A stretch of DNA of 63,441 nt, counting the filler, from Octopus bimaculoides (Eukaryota), in NCBI RefSeq assembly GCF_001194135.2. It is 5 parts of 4 records of this genome, joined end to end, with 100 filler letters (N's around TTAATTAATTAA, not from the genome) between each part and the next. Parts side by side here need not be neighbours in the genome. Positions count along the whole stretch, not along the records: positions 25,354 to 41,428 come from NC_068982.1; 4 more parts are not named here. One strand, given 5' to 3'. The translations under genes and the position numbers were made by a program. Within the stretch, counting starts at the first letter, position 1. Every line of letters starts with the position of its first letter. Shown one piece after another: positions 27,031 through 39,006 of this stretch. The notes beneath the pieces are model-generated. The model made no database searches and was not told the DNA's origin. It saw only the letters and a program-made list of their open reading frames with translations.

Positions 27031-27133
27031 TTTTTCAGTTTCCGTCTATCAGATCCATTTACAAGGGTTTGGTCGGTATGGGGCTATACATGTGACTTGT
27101 AAGCAAACTTCTTACTACACAGCATGCCTGCGC

Positions 27134-27135
<2 letters not shown>
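27031..27135 (-). mobile_element. SINE family B, internally deleted
   Basis: TTTCAGTTTCCGTCTA...GGTCGG...AAGCAAACTTCTTACTACACAGCATGCC. Confidence 0.6.
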
Positions 27136-27196
<61 letters not shown>

Positions 27197-27969
27197 TATC
27201 TGTCTGTCTATGTCTGTGTATGTGTGTGCATTTAATCCTGTCATTTATTAAAGATGTTGGGTAATGTTTCTTGATTAGTATTGATCTGAGTTCAAGGAGT
27301 CTTCGTTCACGAGTATTGGTGTCCGAAACTATGGTGTCCGAGAGAGGTAGAGGCAGAGGGACAGAAGAATTAAGGAGGGGCGAGAAAATATGACAGGGAC
27401 ACAGTGAAGTGAAAAGAGGAGGGAATTCTTCTGTCCCTCTGCCTCTACCTCACTCCCTTCTCTCCCCACGTGACCTATGTTCGGCCAAGCCTGATCTTTC
27501 TTTCTTGGTTCGGCCGTGGTCCGTGCAACATCTATATTCCTCCCTGTGCCTGTGAAATCTCGTATTCCTGCCGTAAGGCTTTATTTCCACACATGCCAAC
27601 TTAGTTTAATTCGTCCTTAGTCAAAAGCCACCTGGTGTTATGTCCAGTTATTTGTATTTTTGTAACATTCTCCGTTTTTTTTTTGTCCCCGTCCTTGTTT
27701 TTGTATACATTCGCTGCTTCCTTCCAAGGAATCTAATTCTCTTAGCTTAGTTTTTCCTTGGGGCTTGCCAGATTGGAGCAATCTCGAGTATAACCAGCCG
27801 AAATTTCAAAGATAATCTGGAATTCGACTGAGGAAAGAAAACTCCGAATGACCCGTCCTTGTTTTTTTTTATGTATCGTCTATCTGGATGTTTTGCGTTC
27901 TTGTTCCATTTTGTATTTTATATATATATATATATATATCAGCGTACGTACACTTTGGTCTCTTGTATA

Positions 27970-29042
27970 TATATATTATTTAAATCATTATTTGATTAAA
28001 CGCCACGCATGCATTTTCAAGTAAGTTTATCTTAATCTTTTTGATACGACTCTATTCTATATTGTTTTCTACCCCATTGTTTTCTTTCTCATCCTTTTCT
28101 CTAATTTCCATTTTTTCTCCCCTTCACCGTTTTCTATCTATCTCTTTCCCTCTTTCTCCCTTTATCTCTGTCGTTGCACACACGTGACTATCATCCATCT
28201 TTCTTTTCCTCACGTAATCATCTTCCTTTTCTTTCAGGACTGTCCTAACGACTTGACGTATCCTATCTCTCTCTTCTATCTTTTCTCTTGTCAAAGAAAA
28301 TATTTCTCCAGCGTTCACTATTTTACCCTCGTTCTGGCCTAACGAGCCTCCCTGTCTTCACTGTCCTGTTTTTGCCCCCAGCTTTGACCCTCTATTAATC
28401 TTAAATTTTATTTTCGTACTTATGGCAGCAACTGTCTTCGAAAACTTATACTGTCGTTCAACGCGCGAAATGAGGAGTAGATAGACAGCCGACAACTGAT
28501 GAAGGGTCGTTCTTTGTGTTACTTGTTCTGTTTTCCATTTGTTTTTCTCGTTGTTTGCGTATTGAGCTCAATTGTTTTCGTATTTCATGTTGTTTAATGT
28601 TGGTGACGTCCTGTACCCATATATGCATATATATATGTTATTTATATTATTATTTAATTGAACGCCACGCATCCATTCCAAGTAAGTTTATCTTAACCTT
28701 TTTGATGCGACTCTATACTGTTTTCTCCCCTATCCTCTCTAATTCCCTTTTTCTCCCTTTTACCCTTTTCTAATCTATCGCTCTCTCCCCCTCTTTCTCG
28801 GTTTCTTTCGTGAGCATCGTTCATCTTTCTTTTCCTCACCTAACCATCTTTCTTTCCTGCACGGACGTTCTAAGGACTGGACGTCTCCTATCCCTCTCTT
28901 TTATCTTTTCTCTTTTCAAAGAAAATATTTCTCTCAGCGTTCACTATTTTTCCCTCGCTCAGGTCTAACAACCCTCCATGTTTGTTTTCGTTCGGTTTCA
29001 ACTGTCCTGTTTTTGTTCCTAACGTTGACCCTCCATAAATCC
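27970..29042. repeat. Two diverged tandem copies of a ~660-bp pyrimidine-rich unit
   Basis: AACGCCACGCAT.CATT..AAGTAAGTTTATCTTAA and AAAGAAAATATTTCTC..AGCGTTCACTATTTT occur in both 27970-28620 and 28630-29042. The second copy is cut by a gap. Confidence 0.85.
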
Positions 29043-29052
29043 NNNNNNNNNN

Positions 29053-29097
<45 letters not shown>

Positions 29098-29339
29098 TGA
29101 GGTTTTTTATGTGTGTGTGTGTGCGTGCGTACTTACGTGTGTATGTATGTAGTATAATTCGAGTGATAACTTCATAACGTGCAGTATGTATGTATCTATG
29201 TACGTCTATGTGTGTGTATGTCTCTATATGTGTATATTTGTGATATGTTCGTTTGCCTGTGTTTGTATGCGTGTGTATGTGTGTACATGCATACTCACAC
29301 AGACATATACATGCATACATCCATCCATACATCCACACA

Positions 29340-29373
<34 letters not shown>

Positions 29374-29736
29374 CATACATACATACATACATGCATACAT
29401 ACATACATTCATACCTATAACATTTAACTAGAACAGAATAGAACAAAATTGAGTCTGTAATGCTAATAAAGTATCTGGTTTGACCTGGAAATAGTTATCA
29501 GTTTGTGCAACGTTGATAGAACTAAAAGGCTTTTGTTACAACCACTGATAAAATGAATAGACTTGATTCTACTTCTGCTGAATATCTATTGGCAGGTTCC
29601 GGTTACTGACACGGGGATGGTTTATTTATTTATTTATTTATTTATTTATATCTTTGTTTTACGAAACCTCCATTGAAGAAAAAAAAATTGACAAATCCCA
29701 ACCAACTCGAATAAAGGAAAAGAAATAATAACAATG

Positions 29737-29776
<40 letters not shown>

Positions 29777-30814
29777 TAATAATAATAATAATAATAATGA
29801 TAATAATAAAGACCGCCAAGCTAATTAACCAACCAAATATGCAAACAACCGCAGAAAGTGTTCTATGAGCTGTTTGAGTTATAACTGACAACTCCGACAA
29901 ACACACCCATCCTCATCTTCCTGCTTCAAGTAGTAGTAGTAGTAGTAGCAGTAGCAGTGGTGGTGGTGGTGGTGGTGGTGGTGGTGGTGGTGGTGGTTAA
30001 CGTTGTAGTAGTAGNNNNNNNNNNNNNNNNNNNNNNNNNNNNNNNNNNNNNNNNNNNNNNNNNNNNNNNNNNNNNNNNNNNNNNNNNNNNNNNNNNNNNN
30101 NNNNNNNNNNNNNNNNNNNNNNNNNNNNNNNNNNNNNNNNNNNNNNNNNNNNNNNNNNNNNNNNNNNNNNNNNNNNNNNNNNNNNNNNNNNNNNNNNNNN
30201 NNNNNNNNNNNNNNNNNNNNNNNNNNNNNNNNNNNNNNNNNNNNNNNNNNNNNNNNNNNNNNNNNNNNNNNNNNNNNNNNNNNNNNNNNNNNNNNNNNNN
30301 NNNNNNNNNNNNNNNNNNNNNNNNNNNNNNNNNNNNNNNNNNNNNNNNNNNNNNNNNNNNNNNNNNNNNNNNNNNNNNNNNNNNNNNNNNNNNNNNNNNN
30401 NNNNNNNNNNNNNNNNNNNNNNNNNNNNNNNNNNNNNNNNNNNNNNNNNNNNNNNNNNNNNNNNNNNNNNNNNNNNNNNNNNNNNNNNNNNNNNNNNNNN
30501 NNNNNNNNNNNNNNNNNNNNNNNNNNNNNNNNNNNNNNNNNNNNNNNNNNNNNNNNNNNNNNNNNNNNNNNNNNNNNNNNNNNNNNNNNNNNNNNNNNNN
30601 NNNNNNNNNNNNNNNNNNNNNNNNNNNNNNNNNNNNNNNNNNNNNNNNNNNNNNNNNNNNNNNNNNNNNNNNNNNNNNNNNNNNNNNNNNNNNNNNNNNN
30701 NNNNNNNNATACCATCAGCTAAAGGAAATAATCCGACCGACGTGGTTTAATTAGTGACAGAACAAGCGCGCTCACACACACACACACACACACACATACG
30801 CACACACACACATA

Positions 30815-30851
<37 letters not shown>

Positions 30852-31599
30852 GCACGCACACACATACATACATACATACATAATTGCATGCGTACGTATA
30901 TATATTCATAAATTCATGCACACATGCAGATACACATGGACATTTACGCAAACATACGTACAGCCATGCATGCACACGCGCATACAAATTAGAATATGTA
31001 GGACAAAAGAGAAAGCAGCTGATATACTTTAAATATAATGATCCACCCACAACTTCACATGTTAATAAAACTGTCGTCTGGTACAAAAACAACACAGATA
31101 ATAGAGGAGGGAGCAATAACTCTACAACTAAACTCCTCGTATTTACCAAAACGGCCCACACTGTACACCCTCGTACCTCACCATGCTAACTAAAACAACC
31201 CCTCTCCAAATGACGCCTTTGTTCCACGCACATAGCTATTGCAATCACATGGTAAACGTGTTTTCTTCTGACCACCTACCTATTATCGTTATAACATACT
31301 CATACATCAATGAAAACACAAATTATAAAATTAAGCAAAAAAAATAAATAAATAAAAAAGCCTTGTGAAATCACTTCCACCAAGAAAGAGAATTAATTTT
31401 CACAGGCTTCCATAACGCCCCCAAATCATCAGCGTAATGAATGAATGAATGAATGAATGACTGAATGAATGAATGAATGAATGAATGCTTCTATCTTCAT
31501 GGCTGTAAATCAAGGACCTCACAGGCAACCACTGTACTTCCATTCATTGCGTCTTCGCGCTACCTTCGAGATGAATAGAATCGGTGGCTCGTCAGTTCT

Positions 31600-32400
31600 C
31601 TGTTGCTCTAATTTACTATCGAAGTTGACTCCCGTAGCCTTCGTCTCTTCCCAAGCACTCAGAGAGAGAGAGGGGGGGTTTATACTCGGAGTTACCAAGT
31701 ATGCCGACCCGATATTACCTACACAGGTATACTACTTGTGCAACTGGGGACACAGTAGTTAATTGATTTTCCCCACTTCACAAGGTTTGTATTCGAAGGC
31801 AGGAAATCAGAGGATAAAACTAATTCTAAGAGATGCCATATTCCACAAGTCGTTCCAGCTGAGACACTTCCCCTGTTGGTTCTGTTGTACTGCCTTCCAG
31901 GTCCTTGTAGCATCCTCTTCTTTTTTCATCTCTTGTAAAATCAGATCTCTCCTCATATTTCCCCTGGCCTCTGACCACCATTCTATTTTTGTTTACATAA
32001 CACATATCAGGCTGCTACATTTAACCACCATGCTTCTCACAAACCTTGAGAAAAAGAGAAGTACACAATAGTTTCAACAAAACTAGCGTTCACACATGCA
32101 CCATTGTAACAAACATCGACGTCAGTAAAACTTACAGCTTCATCACCCGCTGTACAGTTTTAAATCTTTTTTTATGAAACAACTCAAAATGCTAGCATGC
32201 AAATCATTTATTGGCTCACCAAGATTAAGTCGTCTCCAACAACGATGCAACTGGTATTTACAATTTTCCGAATGGTGTACTACAAGTATTCGTTCTTCCT
32301 GCAATATATCTTAACCCATATTTAGGCGACTTTAGCGCACACATAAAAGACATCACAGCCAAATCTACCCTCAACGCTTCACAACTGTTCAAACCCAACA
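31600..32400 (-). mobile_element. Hero/R2-group (restriction-like endonuclease) non-LTR retrotransposon remnant
   Basis: Minus frames read RRDLILQEMKKEED...KAVQQNQQG..LSWNDLWNMASLRISFI / DFLPSNTNLVKWGK..C..C / GRHTW. This matches the post-RT and zinc-knuckle region of Hero-like elements as recalled. Confidence 0.65.
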
Positions 32401-33454
32401 TAAACCACACCTCGAAACTTGGCTAAAGTTCATGTATCCCCATCCAAATCCAATATCTTCCCGGTTACCAGCAACCCCAGATAACATCAAATATAACCAA
32501 CCATATCATGAGCTAACTAGAGAGCCTCTATACGGTCACACGAGAGACAAGAGTTTGGAGTGAGAGTGAAGGGATGGAGAGAGAACTACGTAAGAAATGA
32601 AAAAAGAAAAGAACTTGCTCTATATCAAACTCTCTAAAATATAACACTAAATACTTTGTCCCAAATTTTTGGAACTTTCCCATTACACACGGTTTCCCTA
32701 CAATTAATCTACAGAATTTTAGAATTTCATAGACCTTATCAAACTTTTGATAGCGTGTAACACTTAAGGATACTTTCTTCCTTTATGGGCACACAGGGGA
32801 CGTAGGGCCCGTGGCCATTACAGGCCCTTCTTGACTAGTGAAATTAATGCGGTGATACACAAGCTGAAACGTGATTGGTGAAGGAACTGGACTACAATGC
32901 TTGGAAGATGTTACATAAGCCATTCTAATACAGAGGTAGTTACCCGCCGCAACTCGTGCTTGAGGGCATCACGTCACGTTAAGGATTTTTTTATTGTTGG
33001 AAAATTGTGAAATTGATAATAAAATATTTTGATTTATCTCGGGAGAGTCATTACAAATCTGTTTCAACACAGAAGTTCACATCGAGATTCTTGTAAAAAG
33101 AAATGAAAAAATGAAATATAATATTTTATTCTTACATTAAATAAATTGTAATAAAAGCTTTTATTTTATACATATGCAGTTTTTATTTCTTGACAAAAAC
33201 TTGTAAAATTCAGCTTGACCAGGGCGCCAACAACCCTACTCTGATGCACGTGTATTCAGTCCTTTCTTATTCATTTATTCCTTTCTTATTTATTTTGATG
33301 ATTTTTCAAATTTTCTTTCAAAAAAGTGACAAAAGGCTCATGGGTAAACAAAATCCAAACATTAACGATTTAGATATTTTACAAGATTTGCATGCATGTG
33401 TTCGCTTGGCACAAGTTATAGCAGCTAAATCTCTCTTTGGTTATATCCTACAGT

Positions 33455-33617
33455 CAGGGCGATCTTAGAAGTATTATAGGCCCCTGGGAAAATCAATTCA
33501 CTGGGCTCTATAGTATTTATTCATTGACAAGCCACATGTATAGATTAGAATTGGGCCCCTAAACCCGTGAGGTCCCTGATCAACTGTCCAGAATCCTCAT
33601 GCTTTAATACGACACTA
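33455..33617. mobile_element. Degraded hAT-type MITE
   Basis: CAGGGCGATCTTA ... TTAATACGACACTA ends with internal GGGCCCC motifs. No TSD recovered. Confidence 0.45.
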
Positions 33618-33703
33618 CCTACAGTCTTAAAAACGGAGGTACACTATATTTGAAAAGAAGAGAAAAAGGCAAAGTAGTCACAGCAAGAGTTACATAGATC
33701 TAC

Positions 33704-33872
33704 CAGTAGTGTACTTAGAGCCTGAGACAGCCCTCGAGTTTGCGCATCTACGCCGGGCCCCTAAGACTTTACAGTCTTATGCAGCAAACCCCAAAGTGCC
33801 GCCCACATAAAAGCATCACCCAGGGCCGATTGACCCCCCCCCCCATCGCCCAACTCACTAGCTACGCTACTG
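33704..33872. mobile_element. hAT-type MITE
   Basis: 15-bp TIRs CAGTAGTGTACTTAG / CTAGCTACGCTACTG. The expected 8-bp TSD is not preserved. Confidence 0.6.
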
Positions 33873-34555
33873 AAGTGTGCTGAATCAAGGCCAACTTAGG
33901 TGTTAGATAACACCACCACCACCACCAACAACAACAACAGCAAAATGAATATCGTAGTGTGTTTGATATTGTTGTCCAGTCAAACTGGCACCAATTCTCC
34001 AACTAAATAAATAAATAACTCAATAAACAAATAAATAAATAAATAAATAAATAAAAGAAAATACATACAAATAAAAAAAGAAAGAAATAAAACTTGAAAC
34101 AAAGTACAGGTTGAAACTCTTTATTACCGAATCCAAGGTCAAATATAACACAATATGGCAGAACACACCTGTAACTGGGGAGTGGGGTCTGGTGGTGGAT
34201 TATCTGAGTATATGATCTCAGTGTCAAACATCCGTGATAAAATCACACGTGCCATTTACTATTCATACGTGTAAGAAGAAAACATACAATGAAAAGATTT
34301 CACGACTATCAAACAACAAGCAAATGTTATGATGTATTTACCACACCACAACTGTGCTGTTGTTTTACGGGGAGTTTTGTGGCTTTGTATTTGCTTGTTT
34401 GTTTGTTTTTCCATCATTATTTTACTTTATGAATACATAGATTGTTTTGTGTTCCTCGGCATAAAGATTAACCTGGAACTTATTTGAGATAATATGAACA
34501 TCTTTATAACTAGAAGTAAAGTTATTGTTCAGACAACAATAATGCTTTCTTCCAT

Positions 34556-34770
34556 AGAGGCATGGCATGAAATATTTCGTGGAGTGGTCAGTCGATTACT
34601 TCGATATTAGTGCTAAACTGGGAGATCAATTGGTATTAATGTTATCGACCTCGAAAAGATTTAAGGCAAAATCGCCCTCGGCAGAATTTGAAGTCAGAAC
34701 GTAAACTTGGAAGAAATACCACCACACATTTTGTACGTATGCTAACAATTCTACCAACTCGCCGCCTTAT
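34556..34770 (-). mobile_element. SINE family A, degraded
   Basis: Ends CTCGCCGCCTTAT and contains GGCAGAATTTGAAGTCAGAACG. Confidence 0.7.
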
Positions 34771-35189
34771 GTTGAAACAAAAATAATTCTTTCGTCTATA
34801 ATAGTGTTTCTCAACCATTTTTTAACTATGGATCCTTTAATTATGGATCCCATTCTTTCCCATTTTCCTCGGCTAGACCCTCCCAACCATTCGATGTTTG
34901 AATATTACACTGGTTTATAAATTTCTTTTTTGTCTGAGTCATGGATGTGAATAGGTGTTTTTTTTTTGTTACTAATTTTGATGTGGTGAATTCAATTTTG
35001 TGAACAGTTTTGCTCTATCGCCTCTAGTTTTTTTTTTTACTTTCACATATCCCATTTTAATTATACTGCATATAAATTCAAAATATGTGTTTATTTCATC
35101 TGTTACAAAAGCATATTACAGAAAAAAAACAGCATATATACAGAGCGTTGATGGAACTAAATTACTTGGATAATACAATACACACAAAT

Positions 35190-36415
35190 CATAGTACAGC
35201 AGACGACGATCTTGTATACTTTGCCTCCGGGATGTCACGCAAGAGCATCCAGCAAAAGTCCCCCATCAAGCTAGTGTTCCACTTACCTTGGTAGTTGCTC
35301 TCCATCTTTGTAATATCTTGCTGGAGGGAAGAAGTTGTGATGGGAGTGGAGAAAGTGAATTTTGAGTGACATTCGGTATTCCATATTCTCATAAGACTGT
35401 AACAACTTCTCAAGACACTCTTGATAATCTAGTACACGTGTGTTACAAAGGAAGCCATGGCAGACTGACTTAAATGCTTCCCGTGCTCTCAGTTTCTTTA
35501 AGATAAGAAGCTCCTCAAAGTCCTTGAGCTTAGCAGAACTCAGAGCTGGGATCGGAGTGTACAAGTGTTGAAAGGCAGCGCCATTTTTGTCCATGGCCTT
35601 CACGAAATTCTTCATTAAACCAAGCTTGATATGAAGAGGAGGAAGGAGCACCTTGTCCATGTCCACCAGAGGATTTTCTTGGACAATTTGTTCACCAGGC
35701 ACGAAAGTGCTCCTAGATCCCCAGTCCTTCTGCTCATAGTGATTGGATACGGCCCAACTGTCCCAGAGACAGAGAAAGCAACAATACTTTGTGAAGCTTG
35801 CTTGCATACCCACAAGGAGCCTAATGACCTTGAGGTCTCCGCAGAGACTCCACTGGTACTGGTTGTACTTGAAAGCTTCCAAGAGGAGCTCCATATTATT
35901 ATAAGACTCCTTTAGATGGAGTGATTAGGCAATGAGAATGCCAGAGTATTTATTCCCATTGAGCAGGAGCACAGCCTTCAGACCTTTCATGAAGGAGTCT
36001 ATAAAAAGACGCCAATTTGAGAGAGTGTGTGGGAAACCAAGTAAGGTGAACAAGCCAGAGACATTTGTGCGGCAGCACAACCTGTTTTCCATGTCGAAGA
36101 ATGGAGCAAAGTCCTGGTTCCGTGTCCTGAAACTGGTAATCCTTACATCTAACTTGACCAGGTTCCACTCATTAAGCCGGGATGTCAGGAGCTCTGACTG
36201 CTGCTCAGATAGATATAAATCACGGGCAAGGTCATTCAGGTCTTCTTGCGTGATCCAGTGGGGCTCATTGCAACTTGCTCCCGAATAGACAAAGACATTG
36301 TCTTCAGAAGAGATCGACTTGGCAGAATCTTCCCCTGAAGGCATTTCTTCATCTGATGAAGGAAGAAGACGACCCTTATTTGCTGGAGGTGTAGGGACAG
36401 GGAGATCATCTGAGT
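35190..36415 (-). mobile_element. Chapaev3-like (CMC superfamily) DDE transposase pseudogene
   Basis: EPHWITQEDLNDLARDL...WRLFIDS..GLKAVLL.NGN / LCGDLKV...FTKYCCFLCLWDS...LPPLHIKLGLMKNFVKAMD / YQGKWN..MGDFCWML. Frameshifted; family assignment from recalled motifs. Confidence 0.75.
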
Positions 36416-36612
36416 GGGGAACACGTCTCCTTTTAAGTATTTTCTAGTCTTCACCTCCTCTTCGCCTCCTTCTGTTATCTGTTGTAAGATTTGTGGCGCA
36501 AATTTTATTTTCTCTTCACTGTATTCGTTACATCCTCTCTTCATTATTATTTGTTACCTTTCCCTCCATTTCTATCAGTTTCCCTTCCTCTTCCCTTCAT
36601 AATCCGAATATA

Positions 36613-36828
36613 TTGGTTTCAAATTTTGGCGCGAAGCCAGCAATTTTGGGGGAGAGAGTAAGTCGATAACATCGACCCAACTTCTCGAATGGTACTGATT
36701 TTATCGACTCCAAAATGATGAACGGTTAAGTCGGCCTCGGAGGAATTTGGAGTCAGAACGTAAAAATGGACGAAATGCCGCTGATAATTTTGCTCGGCGT
36801 ACTAACAGTTCTACCAGTTCACCGCCTT
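36613..36828 (-). mobile_element. SINE family A with 14-bp TSD
   Basis: Direct repeat ATAATCCGAATATA at 36599-36612 and 36829-36842. Confidence 0.85.
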
Positions 36829-37981
36829 ATAATCCGAATATACTCATCTTTCAAAACTTTACATTTCATTTTTTTCTGATGAAAGGATTTTTATGAAACG
36901 TTAGACTTTTCTACTGCTTCATAACATTTATTCCACTGTTTGAAATATTTGTATTATTGTTTACCAGCACTAAATATCATTAGTTTTCTCTGACTCTATT
37001 GTTACATTACACAGATGATATCTTCCTTATACTTATATTTAACCCATCATTTTTATAATCATTAGTATCTTTGTCACGTCAACGATATCTGAGTCTTTGG
37101 CATTGCTATTGCCCCATTCTTAGAAATAACATCAATTAAATTCATCCTCACCAACGCCACCAAAATTTCTTTTTAACTACTGTTTGTCGTCGCTGAATAA
37201 AAATAAATATTTTCTTTCTGTCAAAATACGAAGAGGACACAGCAAGTGAGTGGTGTCGACTGTCTCAGCCCACTATTATCACCTCAATAGAAGTTCGAAA
37301 TGATTACATCTTCTTTATCCCCCATTTCAAATAACTTTACATACGAAATAGAAGATAAAGCTACAATTGTGAACCAGTTTGGATGCGGCGCCCACCACTT
37401 CCTGTTATTCAACATAGTGTAATGATTTGTTGCAATAAATTAGAACGTTTTTGATCACACAAGCGTAGACGTATTAGAATATAAATGAGACTAGAAACCG
37501 GTAATCTTGTGGTAGCCCTATAGAAATCTAGTTGAATGTTGAACAACAGATAATAGATTCGTTCTCCACCTAGGTTTGTCTGTTTTTGTTTCTCTTTACA
37601 CTAGTTTGTTTACGTTCTCATTGTAACTGATAAAAATAAGAGGAAAAGGAAAAAAAGAAAAAGAAATCACTCATTCGTAACGGCACGTAACAGGTGAACT
37701 GATATAGCAAAAAAATACATGTTTATATTTAAACAAGAAGAAACGTACAGTTATAAAGACTACATATGAAAGAGATCATTCAGTTTATGTATTTGTAAAC
37801 ATGCAAGCATTCACCGTCCAATTAACGTTCACTAGCAATAATTTAATCGTGTGTGTGCTATTTATATATATGTATATATATATATATATAATATACACGT
37901 ATAATATATATATATATATATATATATTATACGTGTATATTATATATGTGCATATGTTTATACTAATGTTTTGTTTTATGT

Positions 37982-38023
37982 CAGTCCGACGAAGGCTATC
38001 TGGCCGAAACTTCGAGGTCACTG
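37982..38023 (+). ncRNA. Minimal type-I hammerhead motif (single U4C change)
   Basis: CAGT-CCGACGA-A-GGCT(ATCT)GGCC-GAAA-CTTCGAGG-TC-ACTG. Stem I is CAGT/ACTG, stem II has 4 bp, stem III is near-palindromic, and the triplet is GUC. Confidence 0.65.
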
Positions 38024-38571
38024 TTAGCACCTTCTTATAAAAGTTCAGTAAATATACANNNNNNNNNNNNNNNNNNNNNNNNNNNNNNNNNNNNNNNNNN
38101 NNNNNNNNNNNNNNNNNNNNNNNNNNNNNNNNNNNNNNNNNNNNNNNNNNNNNNNNNNNNNNNNNNNNNNNNNNNNNNNNNNNNNNNNNNNNNNNNNNNN
38201 NNNNNNNNNNNNNNNNNNNNNNNNNNNNNNNNNNNNNNNNNNNNNNNNNNNNNNNNNNNNNNNNNNNNNNNNNNNNNNNNNNNNNNNNNNNNNNNNNNNN
38301 NNNNNNNNNNNNNNNNNNNNNNNNNNNNNNNNNNNNNNNNNNNNNNNNNNNNNNNNNNNNNNNNNNNNNNNNNNNNNNNNNNNNNNNNNNNNNNNNNNNN
38401 NNNNNNNNNNNNNNNNNNNNNNNNNNNNNNNNNNNNNNNNNNNNNNNNNNNNNNNNNNNNNNNNNNNNNNNNNNNNNNNNNNNNNNNNNNNNNNNNNNNN
38501 NNNNNNNNNNNNNNNNNNNNNNNNNNNNNNNNNNNNNNNNNNNNNNNNNNNNNNNNNNNNNNNNNNNNNNN

Positions 38572-38665
38572 CGACCTTATCAAAAGCTCTCCATTGATCC
38601 AAATTGATCAGAGCCCCACCCATACCAGGCTCCTTTCCCACCCTCTTAATAACTGGTAGAACTTA
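38572..38665 (-). mobile_element. L1/Tx1-like reverse transcriptase fragment
   Basis: GGALINLDQWRAFDKV matches the L1/Tx1 RT motif xLDQxKAFDRV. Runs into a gap. Confidence 0.55.
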
Positions 38666-38676
38666 CAAAGGTGTGC

Positions 38677-38718
<42 letters not shown>

Positions 38719-38762
38719 GGAAGGATGGATGGATGGATGGATGGATGGCTAGGTGGATGGAT

Positions 38763-38799
<37 letters not shown>

Positions 38800-39006
38800 T
38801 TGGTGCTGTGAGAACACATGTGAATGGCTTTTCCTTACTTTTTCAAATATACCTAAATTTAAAATGATCTAATATAACGATATCGTTCATCCGGCATGTG
38901 TTGAAATATGCCAAAACAATTTAATTCCTCGCAAGTATATGTTACTTTACAAATAATTTATGAGTTAATTATATTTACTGAAACTTGCTCGAAAGCATAT
39001 TTTGCT

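Noticed and set aside
37345-37401. 57-nt minus-strand exon candidate (KWWAPHPNWFTIVALSSI)
   Set aside because: Good donor but pyrimidine-poor acceptor, no partner exon, and too short to identify.
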